From an uncultured Pseudomonadota bacterium (lineage in GTDB: Bacteria > Babelota > Babeliae > Babelales > JAUPTZ01), in NCBI GenBank assembly GCA_964429275.1, contig CAYSBJ010000002.1, positions 124,001-176,244 on the forward strand: DNA of 52,244 nt, in the 5' to 3' direction. Below, piece by piece: positions 1-9,837 of this stretch. Both the position numbers and the translations under genes were made by a program. How positions within the stretch are numbered: position 1 is the stretch's first letter; each line of letters starts with the position of its first letter. The notes under the pieces are model-generated. The model was not told the DNA's origin, ran no database searches, and was given only the letters and a program-made list of their open reading frames with translations.

Positions 1-29
1 ACTTTAAGACGCAAGACGGCAGCACACTA

Positions 30-1283
30 TTGCTTGGGCTTGGTGATGAAGCCAGGGGTTGTCTTGCTGTTATGGATGGTAAGACAGTCTCAAACGCTGT
101 GCTGCAGAGATTAATTGCACAAGAACTGCTGATTCAGAGGCCAGACCAGGGGGTAGGTGAGGTTGCGGCTCGGCTTATTAGAAGGAATTTATTGTACCGG
201 ATAGAAACTGAAGATTCTATGCAAGTTGCAGGCGTTCTTTTGGAAGATTCGGGATTGGATCGCGAAGTTCTCTATAATTTCCAAGGGGCGGGTCAGTCGT
301 TAGTATTCACCTTGCTGAATCTCTGGGATGATTCAAAGGCGGAGGCTGTTGCTGCTATCGTGGAATGCCTTCAGGAGAAGTTTCCATCACAGGACGCCTC
401 GTCGGATGACTGGGTAGAACGTGGCGCGAACGGGCGGAAGCCGCTTTGCGTTGCGGTGGGTGCTGGCAAGCCGGCAATGGTGCAAGCGTTGCTGGGGATT
501 CGTCATTCTGGTAAAACTCCAGCTTCAGTCAACGCCCCTGGCAATGAGGCAGCCGCAACTATTCTTCATTATGCGATTTATCGTGCAGAGCCTTCGATGC
601 TGGAAGCGCTCTTTACCCCCCAGGCAACAGTTGAGCAAAAGAGCGCTCGGTTTGCTGTGCATCGATTAAAAGAAGCCATTAATACGCCTAATAGCCGTGG
701 CGAAACACCGCTTATGGTTGCGATGCAGATGTCAGATTTTGAGTATGCGCGCGTCTTGCTTGATAATGATGCTGATCTTGCGCTGCCTGCTCCTCATCCT
801 CAAAGCGAGGACATACTGGACTATGCAGCGAAAACTTCCACAGAGGAAATGTTTAACCAGCTGTGTGCGCATCAGCGAATAAGTCAGCGTGGAGTAGGCG
901 ATGTACGGTGGCAGCCAACTGTGAATCCACCCGTGCCAGTTGAGCGGCTTTCTCGGATGCAAACGCTCAAGTCATATTCAGGGTCGCTTATATTTGCTGA
1001 ATATGATGCGAATGCAGGATTGATGACTACGCGCGGAATGCAATCATTGCATAAAATGAATGCTGTTGGTGGTGAGGAAGTAGAGCGGTTTGGAGAACTC
1101 CAGGGCTATCCATTGGTTGTTTGTGTGGCTTCTTATGGTAAGCCATATTGGATGTGTGTGAAGGCGCGCGGCGAGGTGAAAATGTTCCGGTTTCCAGAAG
1201 CAGGGAGTGCGACACTTGGCCAAGACGATGGCCAGTGCTTTAGAGAGCACGGTACTACGTTACATGTGATACCCCGCAATTAG
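30..1283 (+). CDS. Ankyrin-repeat protein, probably 5'-truncated by the window edge
   Basis: Ankyrin-like units GRKPLCVAVGAGKPAMVQALL, ATILHYAIYRAEPSMLEALF and GETPLMVAMQMSDFEYARVLLDNDAD. The frame is open back to position 3 (FKTQDGSTL), so the true start lies upstream. Confidence 0.85.
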   Translation: MLGLGDEARGCLAVMDGKTVSNAVLQRLIAQELLIQRPDQGVGEVAARLIRRNLLYRIETEDSMQVAGVLLEDSGLDREVLYNFQGAGQSLVFTLLNLWDDSKAEAVAAIVECLQEKFPSQDASSDDWVERGANGRKPLCVAVGAGKPAMVQALLGIRHSGKTPASVNAPGNEAAATILHYAIYRAEPSMLEALFTPQATVEQKSARFAVHRLKEAINTPNSRGETPLMVAMQMSDFEYARVLLDNDADLALPAPHPQSEDILDYAAKTSTEEMFNQLCAHQRISQRGVGDVRWQPTVNPPVPVERLSRMQTLKSYSGSLIFAEYDANAGLMTTRGMQSLHKMNAVGGEEVERFGELQGYPLVVCVASYGKPYWMCVKARGEVKMFRFPEAGSATLGQDDGQCFREHGTTLHVIPRN

Positions 1284-1297
1284 CGAAAAACTGCTAT

Positions 1298-2752
1298 CTA
1301 TTCCTCCGTTGGCTTATTATCCAACGATGTTGGCTCACCACCAATAACTGATTGAGTATCAATTGCGTGTTGGAAGGTGCGTCCTACAAAATAGGAAACG
1401 GCTACCCATACAGCGGTAATAGAGAGCATAAAGCTGCTGCTTATGAGATGGCTAAACGCTGGCGCATAGGTGCAGGCATTTTTATAGAAAATGGAACCAC
1501 CAGCTTTGGCAATGCGGGATCCAAATGCATCGCTCCATGCCTTGCTTTTGAACTTAATTTCTTTCGTTGTTGGGATATAGAGCATTTCTCGTACTGGGTG
1601 GTTGAGGCCGTAGTTGGCGCCACGAAATAGTGCCGCAATGAAGAACAGCATTTCTGCTGAAGGGAAGAGGAAGGCGGTAATGACGGCGGCAAAGCAGAAC
1701 GCGGGGAATATGAGGAACATGGTCCGATTGCTAAACATACGTTGTAGCGGCGTAGTGGCAAAAACGGAGATGAGAAAGCCGCATACGTGCATAGTCAGGA
1801 AGTAGCCGGCGTAATAGATCGCAAGCTTTGCTACGGTGTCATGAGCGTCATCTGCCGCTACAAGAACGTGAAATTCCATAACAGTCATGATGAGATCGTA
1901 AAAGATAGAGAGGCTGAAGATACCTAGGACGTATGGTTGAGAAATGATTACCAGTAGGCCATCAACCGATTGTTTGAGCCAGTGTGTTAGAGAGAATTTA
2001 TCGGCGGTGTGTTCTCGTTTTTTTTCCATCTGATACACCGCTTCGTAACCATGCATGTGGTAACCAGGAACGAATTTTATGAGTAGAAAGATGCAAAGCG
2101 CAGCTCCCAGAAGAAAGGTTGCTCCAGTGCCAAGCAAGGTAGTGATAAGAGCGGCATCAGAGAGCGAAGCAGTCTTGGACGTGAACAAGTGAACGAACCA
2201 ATCCAGTTTTCCAATGCAGACCATAGCAAAAAGCCACATGCCGCTGGCAGCCAAAATACCCCCTATTTTTGAGGCTGCTACAAAGAGCCCATAAAAGTTC
2301 TTGGCATCTTTTGGTTTGTTTATGGAGTTGGCAAACGACCAGAAAGAGGTTGAAAGGAAAGCAGAAAAGCTTTCCATAAAAAAGTAAAAAGCCCACCCGA
2401 CCCAGCGGTCTTTACTGGTGGTGATATTGGCAATACCAAGAGTGGGATGGAGGAGGAGGTAGGCAAATATGAAACCACCGACACTGTGCATTATGGTAAA
2501 GACATACATCAGCTGATGTCGCCGCAGTATGTCAACGAGCTTTGAGTAAGCGAGAATGATTGGGATCATTAAAAGGAGGGAATATATTTTTGCGTCTGGT
2601 ACGTAGGCCGCACCTACAATTTTGGCGAAAACCGAGACTTTGAGCGATCGCCAAATTGCTTGAGTGGCAGTAAGGAAGGCAAATGTGAGCGCGAGAAGGC
2701 CAACTTTAAGACGAAATTCCGATTTAACGCTCCACAATGAGCTTATACCCAT
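1298..2752 (-). CDS. TLC/NTT-family nucleotide (ATP/ADP-type) transporter, MFS fold
   Basis: About 12 hydrophobic segments. Family motifs FWSFANSI...AKNFYGLF, REMLYIP and KFKSKAWSDAFGSRIAKAGGS. Confidence 0.9.
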   Translation of the reverse strand: MGISSLWSVKSEFRLKVGLLALTFAFLTATQAIWRSLKVSVFAKIVGAAYVPDAKIYSLLLMIPIILAYSKLVDILRRHQLMYVFTIMHSVGGFIFAYLLLHPTLGIANITTSKDRWVGWAFYFFMESFSAFLSTSFWSFANSINKPKDAKNFYGLFVAASKIGGILAASGMWLFAMVCIGKLDWFVHLFTSKTASLSDAALITTLLGTGATFLLGAALCIFLLIKFVPGYHMHGYEAVYQMEKKREHTADKFSLTHWLKQSVDGLLVIISQPYVLGIFSLSIFYDLIMTVMEFHVLVAADDAHDTVAKLAIYYAGYFLTMHVCGFLISVFATTPLQRMFSNRTMFLIFPAFCFAAVITAFLFPSAEMLFFIAALFRGANYGLNHPVREMLYIPTTKEIKFKSKAWSDAFGSRIAKAGGSIFYKNACTYAPAFSHLISSSFMLSITAVWVAVSYFVGRTFQHAIDTQSVIGGEPTSLDNKPTEE

Positions 2753-2810
2753 ATTTTTTCCTTACCAGCGATGTTAAGAGGTTTTTGAGACGGTGTGATA
2801 CGTACGCAAG

Positions 2811-2838
2811 AGTATAGATGGGCCCAAGAAATAGTCAA
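2811..2838 (-). promoter_or_regulatory. Putative sigma70 promoter of the NTT gene
   Basis: TTGACT-N16-TATACT on the minus strand, about 60 nt upstream of the ATG at 2752. Confidence 0.5.
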
Positions 2839-2873
2839 ATGGCTCAAAACCGCTATGCAATGTCTCTCGGCCC

Positions 2874-2902
2874 TTGCATGGATAGTGCTTTTCCAGTAGA
2901 TT
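2874..2902 (+). promoter_or_regulatory. Putative sigma70 promoter of lon
   Basis: TTGCAT-N17-TAGATT upstream of the lon ATG at 2957. Confidence 0.45.
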
Positions 2903-2956
2903 AGGGCTGTTTTGCAGTAGTACTTTACTTTAACTTCTAAAAAAAGTGCGCATATT

Positions 2957-5422
2957 ATGACAGATGCTTTGAAAAAAGGTGACATTCATTTCTTGCCGGT
3001 TTTACCGCTTAAGAACGTGGTTGCGTTGCCAAAGAGTGTAATTCCGGTCGTTGTAGGTCGGGATGTTTCTATTAAAGCGGTTGAAGCGGCCCTCCGTGGC
3101 AATCGTGAAGTATTTGTGGTTGCTCAGAAATCTGCCGATATTGAGCTGCCGCGGCCAGATGATATTTATCATTTCGGGACCCGGGCGATTATTCTCCAAG
3201 TTGGTAGAATGCAAAACAGTACCCTCCGCATTCTTATCGAAGGGGTAAGCCGTTCTGAAGTTCTTGATTTTGTTGGAACTGAAGAGTACATGTGCGTTAA
3301 TGCGCAAGATGTTACGCCAAAACCACTTAAGAACAAAGTGGAAGAAAAAGCGATGGGGCGCAGCCTTCTTCAATTTTTTAAAGAATATACTCAACTTAAT
3401 GAAAAAGCGTCTAGTGAAGTGCTTACCGCACTTGCGGGCATGGAAGATGACGTTGATTATCTGATCGACAGCATTGCCGTTCAAATGACTAGTTTAGTGG
3501 TTAAAGACCGTCAGAAGATACTTGAAACAGTGCCTATTGCAAAGCGTGCTTTGAAGTTAAGCCGCTTGTTGCAAGACGAAGTGGAAATCTTGAAGGCTGA
3601 GCGTAATATTCGCCAACGAGTACAAGATCAAGTAGAAAAACATCAAAAAGATTACTATCTCAATGAACAAATTCGGGCGATTCAGCGTGAACTTGGCCGT
3701 GATGATCAGCAGCAAGAGATCAACAAGCTCCGTGAGCAGGCTAAAAAAGCAAAAATGCCGGCTGATGCTGCGGAAAAAGTTGAGATTGAATGTCGTCGGC
3801 TGGAGCAAATGCAGCCAATGTCTCCTGAAGCTTCCGTAAGCCGTAATTATCTTGAATGGCTTATTAGCTTGCCATGGAAGAGCAAGAGTAAAGATACGGT
3901 AACGCTGGAGCAAGCGCGTCAACTTTTGGATGCGTCGCATGCCCGGATGCATAAGGTAAAAGAGCGTATTATTGAGTTTTTAGCTGCTAAAAAGTTTGCC
4001 AAAGATAAGCTTACTAAGTCTCCTATTGTGTGCCTTGCAGGTCCTCCGGGTGTTGGTAAAACCTCCCTTGCTGCGGCAATTGCCAAGGCATTGGGGCGTG
4101 TTATGGTTCGTATTTCCCTTGGCGGTATGCGTGATGAGGCGGAAATCCGCGGACATCGCCGTACTTATATCGGTGCGTTGCCGGGTAAAATTATTCAGGC
4201 TATGCGTAAAGCAAAAGTTACCAATCCCGTTATTGTTTTGGACGAAATCGATAAAATGTCTATGGATTTCCGCGGAGACCCATCTTCGGCTTTGCTGGAG
4301 GTATTGGATCCGGAGCAAAACAAAGCATTTGTGGATCACTTCATGGAAGTTGATTATGATTTGTCTGACGTCATGTTCATTACAACAGCAAACGTGGTTG
4401 ATGCCATTCCGTACCCATTACTTGATCGTATGGAAGTTATTCAGCTTTCTGGTTACACATTGCCAGAAAAATTGGGGATTGCGCGGGACTTCTTGATGCC
4501 AAAGCTGTTGAAGGAGCATGCGTTGAATTCAGAGCAAGTTCATGTCTCGGATGCGTTACTATCTACTCTTATTGAGGGGTATACCCGCGAGGCTGGAGTG
4601 CGTCAATTGGATCGAGTGCTTGGAAAAGTGCTTCGTAAGAGTATCCAGGAACTTCTTTCTTCCAAAGAAGTTGTTTCCGTTACACTGACGGCGGCAATGA
4701 TTGAAACCTGGTTTGGTCCTGCAAAATTCCGTATCGAAGAGAAGAAACATGAGGACTCAGTGGGCTTGGTGACTGGCCTTGCATGGACTGAAGTTGGGGG
4801 TGATGTCCTTGATCTTGAAATTACGGTGCTCAAAGGTAAGGGTGGTTTAACTTTGACTGGTCAACTTGGTGAGGTTATGCAAGAATCAGCCCAAGCAGCA
4901 ATGAGTTATGTACGTTCGCGCGCAAAAGAGCTCAAGATCCCGGCCCGTGCTTTTATGGAAAATGACGTACATATTCACTTTCCTGAAGGATCAATTCCAA
5001 AAGATGGTCCGTCGGCAGGGATTACTATCGCAACCGCGTTAGCTTCAGCGTTTACTGGCAGGCCAGTTAAGGCTGGGATTGCAATGACTGGTGAAGTAAC
5101 GTTGCGTGGTCGAGTACTTGCGGTTGGTGGATTACGAGAAAAAATCTTGGCGGCTATTCGTATCGGGATGCATACGGTTATTGTGCCAAAAGAGAATGAA
5201 CTTGATATCAAGGAGTTTCTTGGTGAGTTTGATGCGTTGCCAAAACTCGTCTACGTAAAAACCATGGATGAAGTGCTCGAATGTGCATTATCCAAAGAAG
5301 TTGCTGACAATTCACTTGCAAAACAGGTTAAAAGTAAGCCAAAATCTCCCAAGGCAAAAAAACAAAAGGCAAAAGAAAAGCCTGAGAAAAAGACAGAAAA
5401 AAAGAAGAAGAAATCTGTGTAA
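2957..5422 (+). CDS. lon: ATP-dependent protease La (Lon)
   Basis: N-terminal LON domain (LPVLPLKN), Walker A GPPGVGKT, Walker B IVLDEIDK, catalytic PKDGPSAG and GGLREK; Lys-rich C-terminal tail. Confidence 0.98.
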   Translation: MTDALKKGDIHFLPVLPLKNVVALPKSVIPVVVGRDVSIKAVEAALRGNREVFVVAQKSADIELPRPDDIYHFGTRAIILQVGRMQNSTLRILIEGVSRSEVLDFVGTEEYMCVNAQDVTPKPLKNKVEEKAMGRSLLQFFKEYTQLNEKASSEVLTALAGMEDDVDYLIDSIAVQMTSLVVKDRQKILETVPIAKRALKLSRLLQDEVEILKAERNIRQRVQDQVEKHQKDYYLNEQIRAIQRELGRDDQQQEINKLREQAKKAKMPADAAEKVEIECRRLEQMQPMSPEASVSRNYLEWLISLPWKSKSKDTVTLEQARQLLDASHARMHKVKERIIEFLAAKKFAKDKLTKSPIVCLAGPPGVGKTSLAAAIAKALGRVMVRISLGGMRDEAEIRGHRRTYIGALPGKIIQAMRKAKVTNPVIVLDEIDKMSMDFRGDPSSALLEVLDPEQNKAFVDHFMEVDYDLSDVMFITTANVVDAIPYPLLDRMEVIQLSGYTLPEKLGIARDFLMPKLLKEHALNSEQVHVSDALLSTLIEGYTREAGVRQLDRVLGKVLRKSIQELLSSKEVVSVTLTAAMIETWFGPAKFRIEEKKHEDSVGLVTGLAWTEVGGDVLDLEITVLKGKGGLTLTGQLGEVMQESAQAAMSYVRSRAKELKIPARAFMENDVHIHFPEGSIPKDGPSAGITIATALASAFTGRPVKAGIAMTGEVTLRGRVLAVGGLREKILAAIRIGMHTVIVPKENELDIKEFLGEFDALPKLVYVKTMDEVLECALSKEVADNSLAKQVKSKPKSPKAKKQKAKEKPEKKTEKKKKKSV

Positions 5423-5437
5423 CGAGGCACGTATCAT

Positions 5438-5641
5438 ATGGAACTCATAGTTATTGCTGGGCTGCTTGCACTCGCGGCCTTTTTCGGGAACATCCGTTTA
5501 GTGGCGCTTTGTGCGCTGATGGCCGTTGGCTTTGGCTGGTATTATGAACAGATGCCAAAAGAACAACGAGAGCAAATTAACGCGATGTACTGTGACATGA
5601 GCAATCGATGTGATCGAGCTTGGAAAGCCTTTTGGTTGTAA
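5438..5641 (+). CDS. Small membrane protein, hypothetical
   Basis: 67 aa with two N-terminal hydrophobic stretches, a GAGG RBS just after the lon stop, and a strong terminator downstream. Confidence 0.65.
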   Translation: MELIVIAGLLALAAFFGNIRLVALCALMAVGFGWYYEQMPKEQREQINAMYCDMSNRCDRAWKAFWL

Positions 5642-5650
5642 TAACTAACA

Positions 5651-5691
5651 AAAAGAAGAGGGGCGGTGTTTTTAACACCGCCCCTCTTCTT
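5651..5691. terminator. Bidirectional intrinsic terminator
   Basis: Perfect 18-bp stem AAGAAGAGGGGCGGTGTT-TTT-AACACCGCCCCTCTTCTT between convergent genes. Confidence 0.85.
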
Positions 5692-5777
5692 ACAGTACGA
5701 AACTATGGCTCGCTCAGGTGTTTTGGCACTGGCTCGTAAAATACGCGTGTAGAAAGTTAATTGATCTGCGCGTAACC

Positions 5778-6881
5778 TTAGTCAGGCTTTTTTTTAAAGA
5801 TACTGCGCGTTTCTGGATGGTTTTTGAACCACTCCATGGTTTTTGCAATTGCTATTTCTGGGGGTGTTGGCTGAAATTTGAGTACTTCGGTGATATGCAC
5901 AGAGTCCTCGAGGAGAACTGGCAAATCAAAATAAGCGCTCAGATCAGAGCCGCGTTGCGCATTCGGTTCGCTGAGGCAAATAAAGGACAGTAAGAACTTG
6001 CCAACAATGCGCTGTTTGAGTGTGGTGCCTGCAACACTGCATATGGCATGACCAAATGCTTCTACGGAGTCGTACGTGTAGCCGCTAAAGTGTACCGTGA
6101 GGCTGTGTCCTGAATCTGCGGCGTTGGTAAGTTCAAGGGCGAGCCGCGCAACATCGTAAGTATAGACGAATTGATGCGGCCGATCGGTACGGAAAAGCCA
6201 TGTTAACCGTCCTAGTTGAGGTATATCTTTGAATGAAGTGCTTAGGAGGTAGTCATAAACTGCGGGGCCAAAGGCATAGCTTACGCGTATTTTTATGACA
6301 CGACACTGATGGTGGTCGCTGGCATATTTGAGCATATTCTCAATTTTTGCGATTGTGCGCCCTTGGGCGGTAGTAGGGTTAAATGCAGAGTTTTCGCTGA
6401 TTACTTGGGTGTTATCAAAGCTATATACGCGGGCGGGATAGACCAATGTAAGTTTATGCTTTTTTGCGATTGCAAGAGCATTGCGCGTGATGTTTATGAC
6501 TGTTTCATGCCAGGTAGAAAAATCTTCACATTCTGGGTCAAGAAAGAGGTATTTTGCTCCCGCAGCAATTGTATCAAGTATCGCAGGACGCTGGACTGAG
6601 GCGTAATCAGCTTCCACTACTTTTATGAGCGGTGAATGAGGCAGTCGGGTATCAGCATGCATAAGGTCACGGGATCGTACAACAACCGTGCATGGAATGT
6701 TGTTATCTATCAAGCAGCAAACCATCGCATGGCTGAAGTTTCGTACTCCATCAAATACTACCCACTCTGGGTTTGCGATAGGCGTTAAGGTCGGTGACGT
6801 TTGCGGTGCTACTGCCAGCAGCCCGGTGCTGAGCAAAGTACAGACAGTTGCAATAAGAGAGCGTTTAAGAAACAGGAACAT
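5778..6881 (-). CDS. NAD-dependent epimerase/atypical SDR-like protein with signal peptide and degenerate Rossmann motif
   Basis: Paralogue of 6865-7932 (VTVVVRS-like CTVVVRS, FVYTYDVAR, TPPEIAIAKTMEWF). The glycine motif reads DGVRNFS. Likely start MFLFLKRSL at 6881 (ORF track 6923). Confidence 0.75.
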   Translation of the reverse strand: MFLFLKRSLIATVCTLLSTGLLAVAPQTSPTLTPIANPEWVVFDGVRNFSHAMVCCLIDNNIPCTVVVRSRDLMHADTRLPHSPLIKVVEADYASVQRPAILDTIAAGAKYLFLDPECEDFSTWHETVINITRNALAIAKKHKLTLVYPARVYSFDNTQVISENSAFNPTTAQGRTIAKIENMLKYASDHHQCRVIKIRVSYAFGPAVYDYLLSTSFKDIPQLGRLTWLFRTDRPHQFVYTYDVARLALELTNAADSGHSLTVHFSGYTYDSVEAFGHAICSVAGTTLKQRIVGKFLLSFICLSEPNAQRGSDLSAYFDLPVLLEDSVHITEVLKFQPTPPEIAIAKTMEWFKNHPETRSIFKKKPD

Positions 6882-7932
6882 GGGTAGTATTCGCAGCGTA
6901 AATAGTTTGTAATGCGATTTCAAGCGGCGTTAACTGGAACGGGCAGAGCGTTTCTTGCAGCGAACTATCAAGTAATATCTCGTGGGTAAACGAGTTATAT
7001 GAATCGATTGCGAATTTTGCTTCTGGTGCCATAAAAGCAGCAGCCAGGAGTTTGCCCTTGGAGAAAAGGTTTAATTCGTACGGCACCTGCGCGATCTTGC
7101 AATAAAGGGATGCGAGTTCACCAATGTTTTTCAGTGTGATACCTGCAAAATTAATGATCAGGCTGGTGTGCCCTTGAGTTGGCTGCTTTGCTACCAAGAG
7201 ACGGGTAAAGGCGGCAAGGTCAGGGAGGTAGGTTACCTGAAGTTTTACCGAATCGCTGCCGATCCAGTCAAATTTCTGCTTGCTTTTAAGCCATGACTTG
7301 TTTTTGTTGTGCGGAATACCGGCAAAGTTTTTATCTAAAAGACCGTCACCACCATGTATTCCAAAAGGATAGGAGTGGTGGATGATGATGCTCGAAGCGG
7401 AGCACTGTTCCAGGAGGTTTTCCATGCTGTTTAACACGATGCCTTGCGAGCTTTCTGGTTTTGGATCAGTGGTTTCGGTAATTGGGCTTACCAAGCCATA
7501 TCTTTGGGTGCGGCCATAATACACTATGGTTGCGCCCGTTGCCTGAGCGGCAGCGATGCAGTTTGCGACCGTTGCTTTGAATGCCTCTTCCCAAACGGTA
7601 TACGGGAACGCTTGGGCGATAACGAGATATGAGGCTCCGTTTGCGGCTTTAATGAGACCTTGAAGGTCGGTTGTAACGTCCCCAGCTATTATTTTAGGCT
7701 GATAAGCACAGTGTTCCATGAGCTTTTTAGCTTTTTTTACTGAGTCAGGTCGGACAAAGAGAGTACAGTTCACGCTGGAGTCAGCGCAGAGATTTTCCGC
7801 CAGTGCATAGCCAGCTCCGCGAGTCCCACCGACGATACACCAGTGTGTTTTGTGAGTGTTTGCTAGAAGTGATTGAAGGCCGAAGACACTAAGCAGGGCC
7901 CCGGCGATTAGGGAGAGTATTTTTTTTTGCAT
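6865..7932 (-). CDS. NAD-dependent epimerase/atypical SDR-like protein with signal peptide
   Basis: Rossmann motif WCIVGGTRGAGYAL, GDVTTD, VTYLPDLA and LTPLEIALQ. Likely start MQKKILSL at 7932 after an AAGG RBS (ORF track 7953). Confidence 0.8.
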   Translation of the reverse strand: MQKKILSLIAGALLSVFGLQSLLANTHKTHWCIVGGTRGAGYALAENLCADSSVNCTLFVRPDSVKKAKKLMEHCAYQPKIIAGDVTTDLQGLIKAANGASYLVIAQAFPYTVWEEAFKATVANCIAAAQATGATIVYYGRTQRYGLVSPITETTDPKPESSQGIVLNSMENLLEQCSASSIIIHHSYPFGIHGGDGLLDKNFAGIPHNKNKSWLKSKQKFDWIGSDSVKLQVTYLPDLAAFTRLLVAKQPTQGHTSLIINFAGITLKNIGELASLYCKIAQVPYELNLFSKGKLLAAAFMAPEAKFAIDSYNSFTHEILLDSSLQETLCPFQLTPLEIALQTIYAANTTHVPVS

Positions 7933-8097
7933 AAGAACGGCCTTTTTTGACATTATTCATACTGAAGTGAAAAAATTCTAGCACATGATAGGGGGTTTGT
8001 CAGGGGTTTTGTTTCATTTTCGGCAAAAAAACTGAAATCTAGTATTTACCGTCGATAACTGGATATTATAATTCAGAATGAATTTTATGAGGGATCT

Positions 8098-9771
8098 GTG
8101 AAAATGTATTTAGGAAGAATAGTTCTTTTCACCGCCTTGGGGTCTGTTGGTTTTGCCCAGTCACAGGCTAATCTTGCTTTGGCAGAGAGTCGTCCTGTGG
8201 CGACTGAGACTGTGACGCGACCGCGGGGACTATTGAAACATTATATACGTGCCAAAAGCTTGTCCAATCAAATAAAGAAGTTTCTCAAGGCTCATGGACG
8301 GGAAATAACGGCAGTGGTGGCAGGTACCGCTCTTGGAGCGCTGGGCACCGGTTTTGTTCTCAAACAGCTTCACGAGCAGAAAATGGATGCAGTTCGTGAT
8401 GTGTATGCTAAACAGGAAGAAGAGATTGTCGAACGCTACGAAAATGATAAGAAAGCGGTTGCCGAAGAGCGCCAGCGAGCCTGGGAAGCGCGCGAGTCTG
8501 AACTAGTAGCGCTTAAAAATTATTTGACTGCTACTTTTGATAGTAACGTGAAAGCAGCGCGGGAAGAGTTTGATCGTCGTCGGTTGGAGATGATGGACTC
8601 GGTAAATCGTGCGTTGGTTGAGGCGGCACAGAAACAGCAGGTGGTTCTTCAGAGCGGTGTTGAGCAGTTTAATGCGTCTGGACGCGAGATGCTTGGTGAA
8701 ACGCAAGCAATGATTAAAGAGGCGCTTCTTGCGCAACAAGATAAGCTACATGAGTTGCAAGAACTCTTTATAGCCCAGGAGAAAGTGCTTCTTGCGCAAT
8801 CAGAGGCACAATTTAACAAAATGCGAGCTGATTATGATCGGGCTGTTGAGGAGCAGAAAAAGAACCATGCAATTCTGGAAGCCAGCCTGCAAAATTTGAG
8901 TGCTGAACAGCATCGTGAATTACTGGGGCGAATCAAGGAGGAGCAAGACGATTTGAAGGCAGATTTTGAAAAACAACAAGCTCTTTTGCGTGAGCAAGTG
9001 AAAGCACAGCAAGAGCAGTTACAGCTAGAGCAAGAGCAAAAATCTGAAGCGTTCGTAACCAATGCGCTTGATATGATGCGGGGTGTTACCAAGTCGGCCA
9101 CTGATTTACATGAAGCGACTGCGTATTACGCTGGTATGGCCGGTCAGGCTGCGTATGGTGCTGCGGCACATGCCGCTTCTGCCTACCAACAAATACAAGG
9201 TATCGACGCGCGGCAGGCACAATTTACACAACAGCTGCAACAGCAATATCAGCAGCATGCGCAGCAACAATCAAAAGAGTATAAAACTGCTCTGTCACGT
9301 CAAGAAGATGCATTGCGCAAACAATTGAGTAGCTTGTCAACTGCAGCTGCATCAGTCTCGCGAGCAGAAGTGCCAGCAGCGACGCCGGCGAGACGAGCTA
9401 TGACGCAAGAGGAGGCGGCGTTAAAAATTCAAGCCGCATTCCGTGGCATGCAAGGCCGTAAGGCAGTTCATAGTATCGGCAAGACAGCGTTGCCGACGAT
9501 GAAAAGTACTGGTCATAGTCAGTTACCATCGTTTAAGAAAGCAGCGCCAGCGATCCCTCAGGCGGAAATTGATCGTGCGATGAGCGATGCGGTTGTGGCA
9601 GCAACCAAATATACGAGAGATAACACTTTTAATCCTGCGCAACAACAAGCGCTTTTGGCGCCCACGAAGTGGAAAGAAAAGCGAACGGGCGTGCCGAGTG
9701 TGGTGCGAACGGGAAACCAGTTGCGCACTCTGATTGGGCCAGATAACAGGCTAGCACAACTGAGTAATTAG
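8098..9771 (+). CDS. Signal-peptide/TM-anchored coiled-coil protein with an IQ calmodulin-binding motif
   Basis: N-terminal signal peptide, TM ITAVVAGTALGALGTGFVL, long E/Q/K/A-rich coiled coil, and motif AALKIQAAFRGMQGRK. Confidence 0.85.
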   Translation: MKMYLGRIVLFTALGSVGFAQSQANLALAESRPVATETVTRPRGLLKHYIRAKSLSNQIKKFLKAHGREITAVVAGTALGALGTGFVLKQLHEQKMDAVRDVYAKQEEEIVERYENDKKAVAEERQRAWEARESELVALKNYLTATFDSNVKAAREEFDRRRLEMMDSVNRALVEAAQKQQVVLQSGVEQFNASGREMLGETQAMIKEALLAQQDKLHELQELFIAQEKVLLAQSEAQFNKMRADYDRAVEEQKKNHAILEASLQNLSAEQHRELLGRIKEEQDDLKADFEKQQALLREQVKAQQEQLQLEQEQKSEAFVTNALDMMRGVTKSATDLHEATAYYAGMAGQAAYGAAAHAASAYQQIQGIDARQAQFTQQLQQQYQQHAQQQSKEYKTALSRQEDALRKQLSSLSTAAASVSRAEVPAATPARRAMTQEEAALKIQAAFRGMQGRKAVHSIGKTALPTMKSTGHSQLPSFKKAAPAIPQAEIDRAMSDAVVAATKYTRDNTFNPAQQQALLAPTKWKEKRTGVPSVVRTGNQLRTLIGPDNRLAQLSN

Positions 9772-9837
9772 TATCTTCTTGCACTTGTCATCGCCTTTGC
9801 TACACTCCTGTTTTATTCCACGGCAAAACACGGGATT

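Noticed and set aside
2828..2848. Possible HspR operator (HAIR) upstream of lon
   Set aside because: Only a half-site-like GCTCAAA; no match to CTTGAGT-N7-ACTCAAG at the right spacing.
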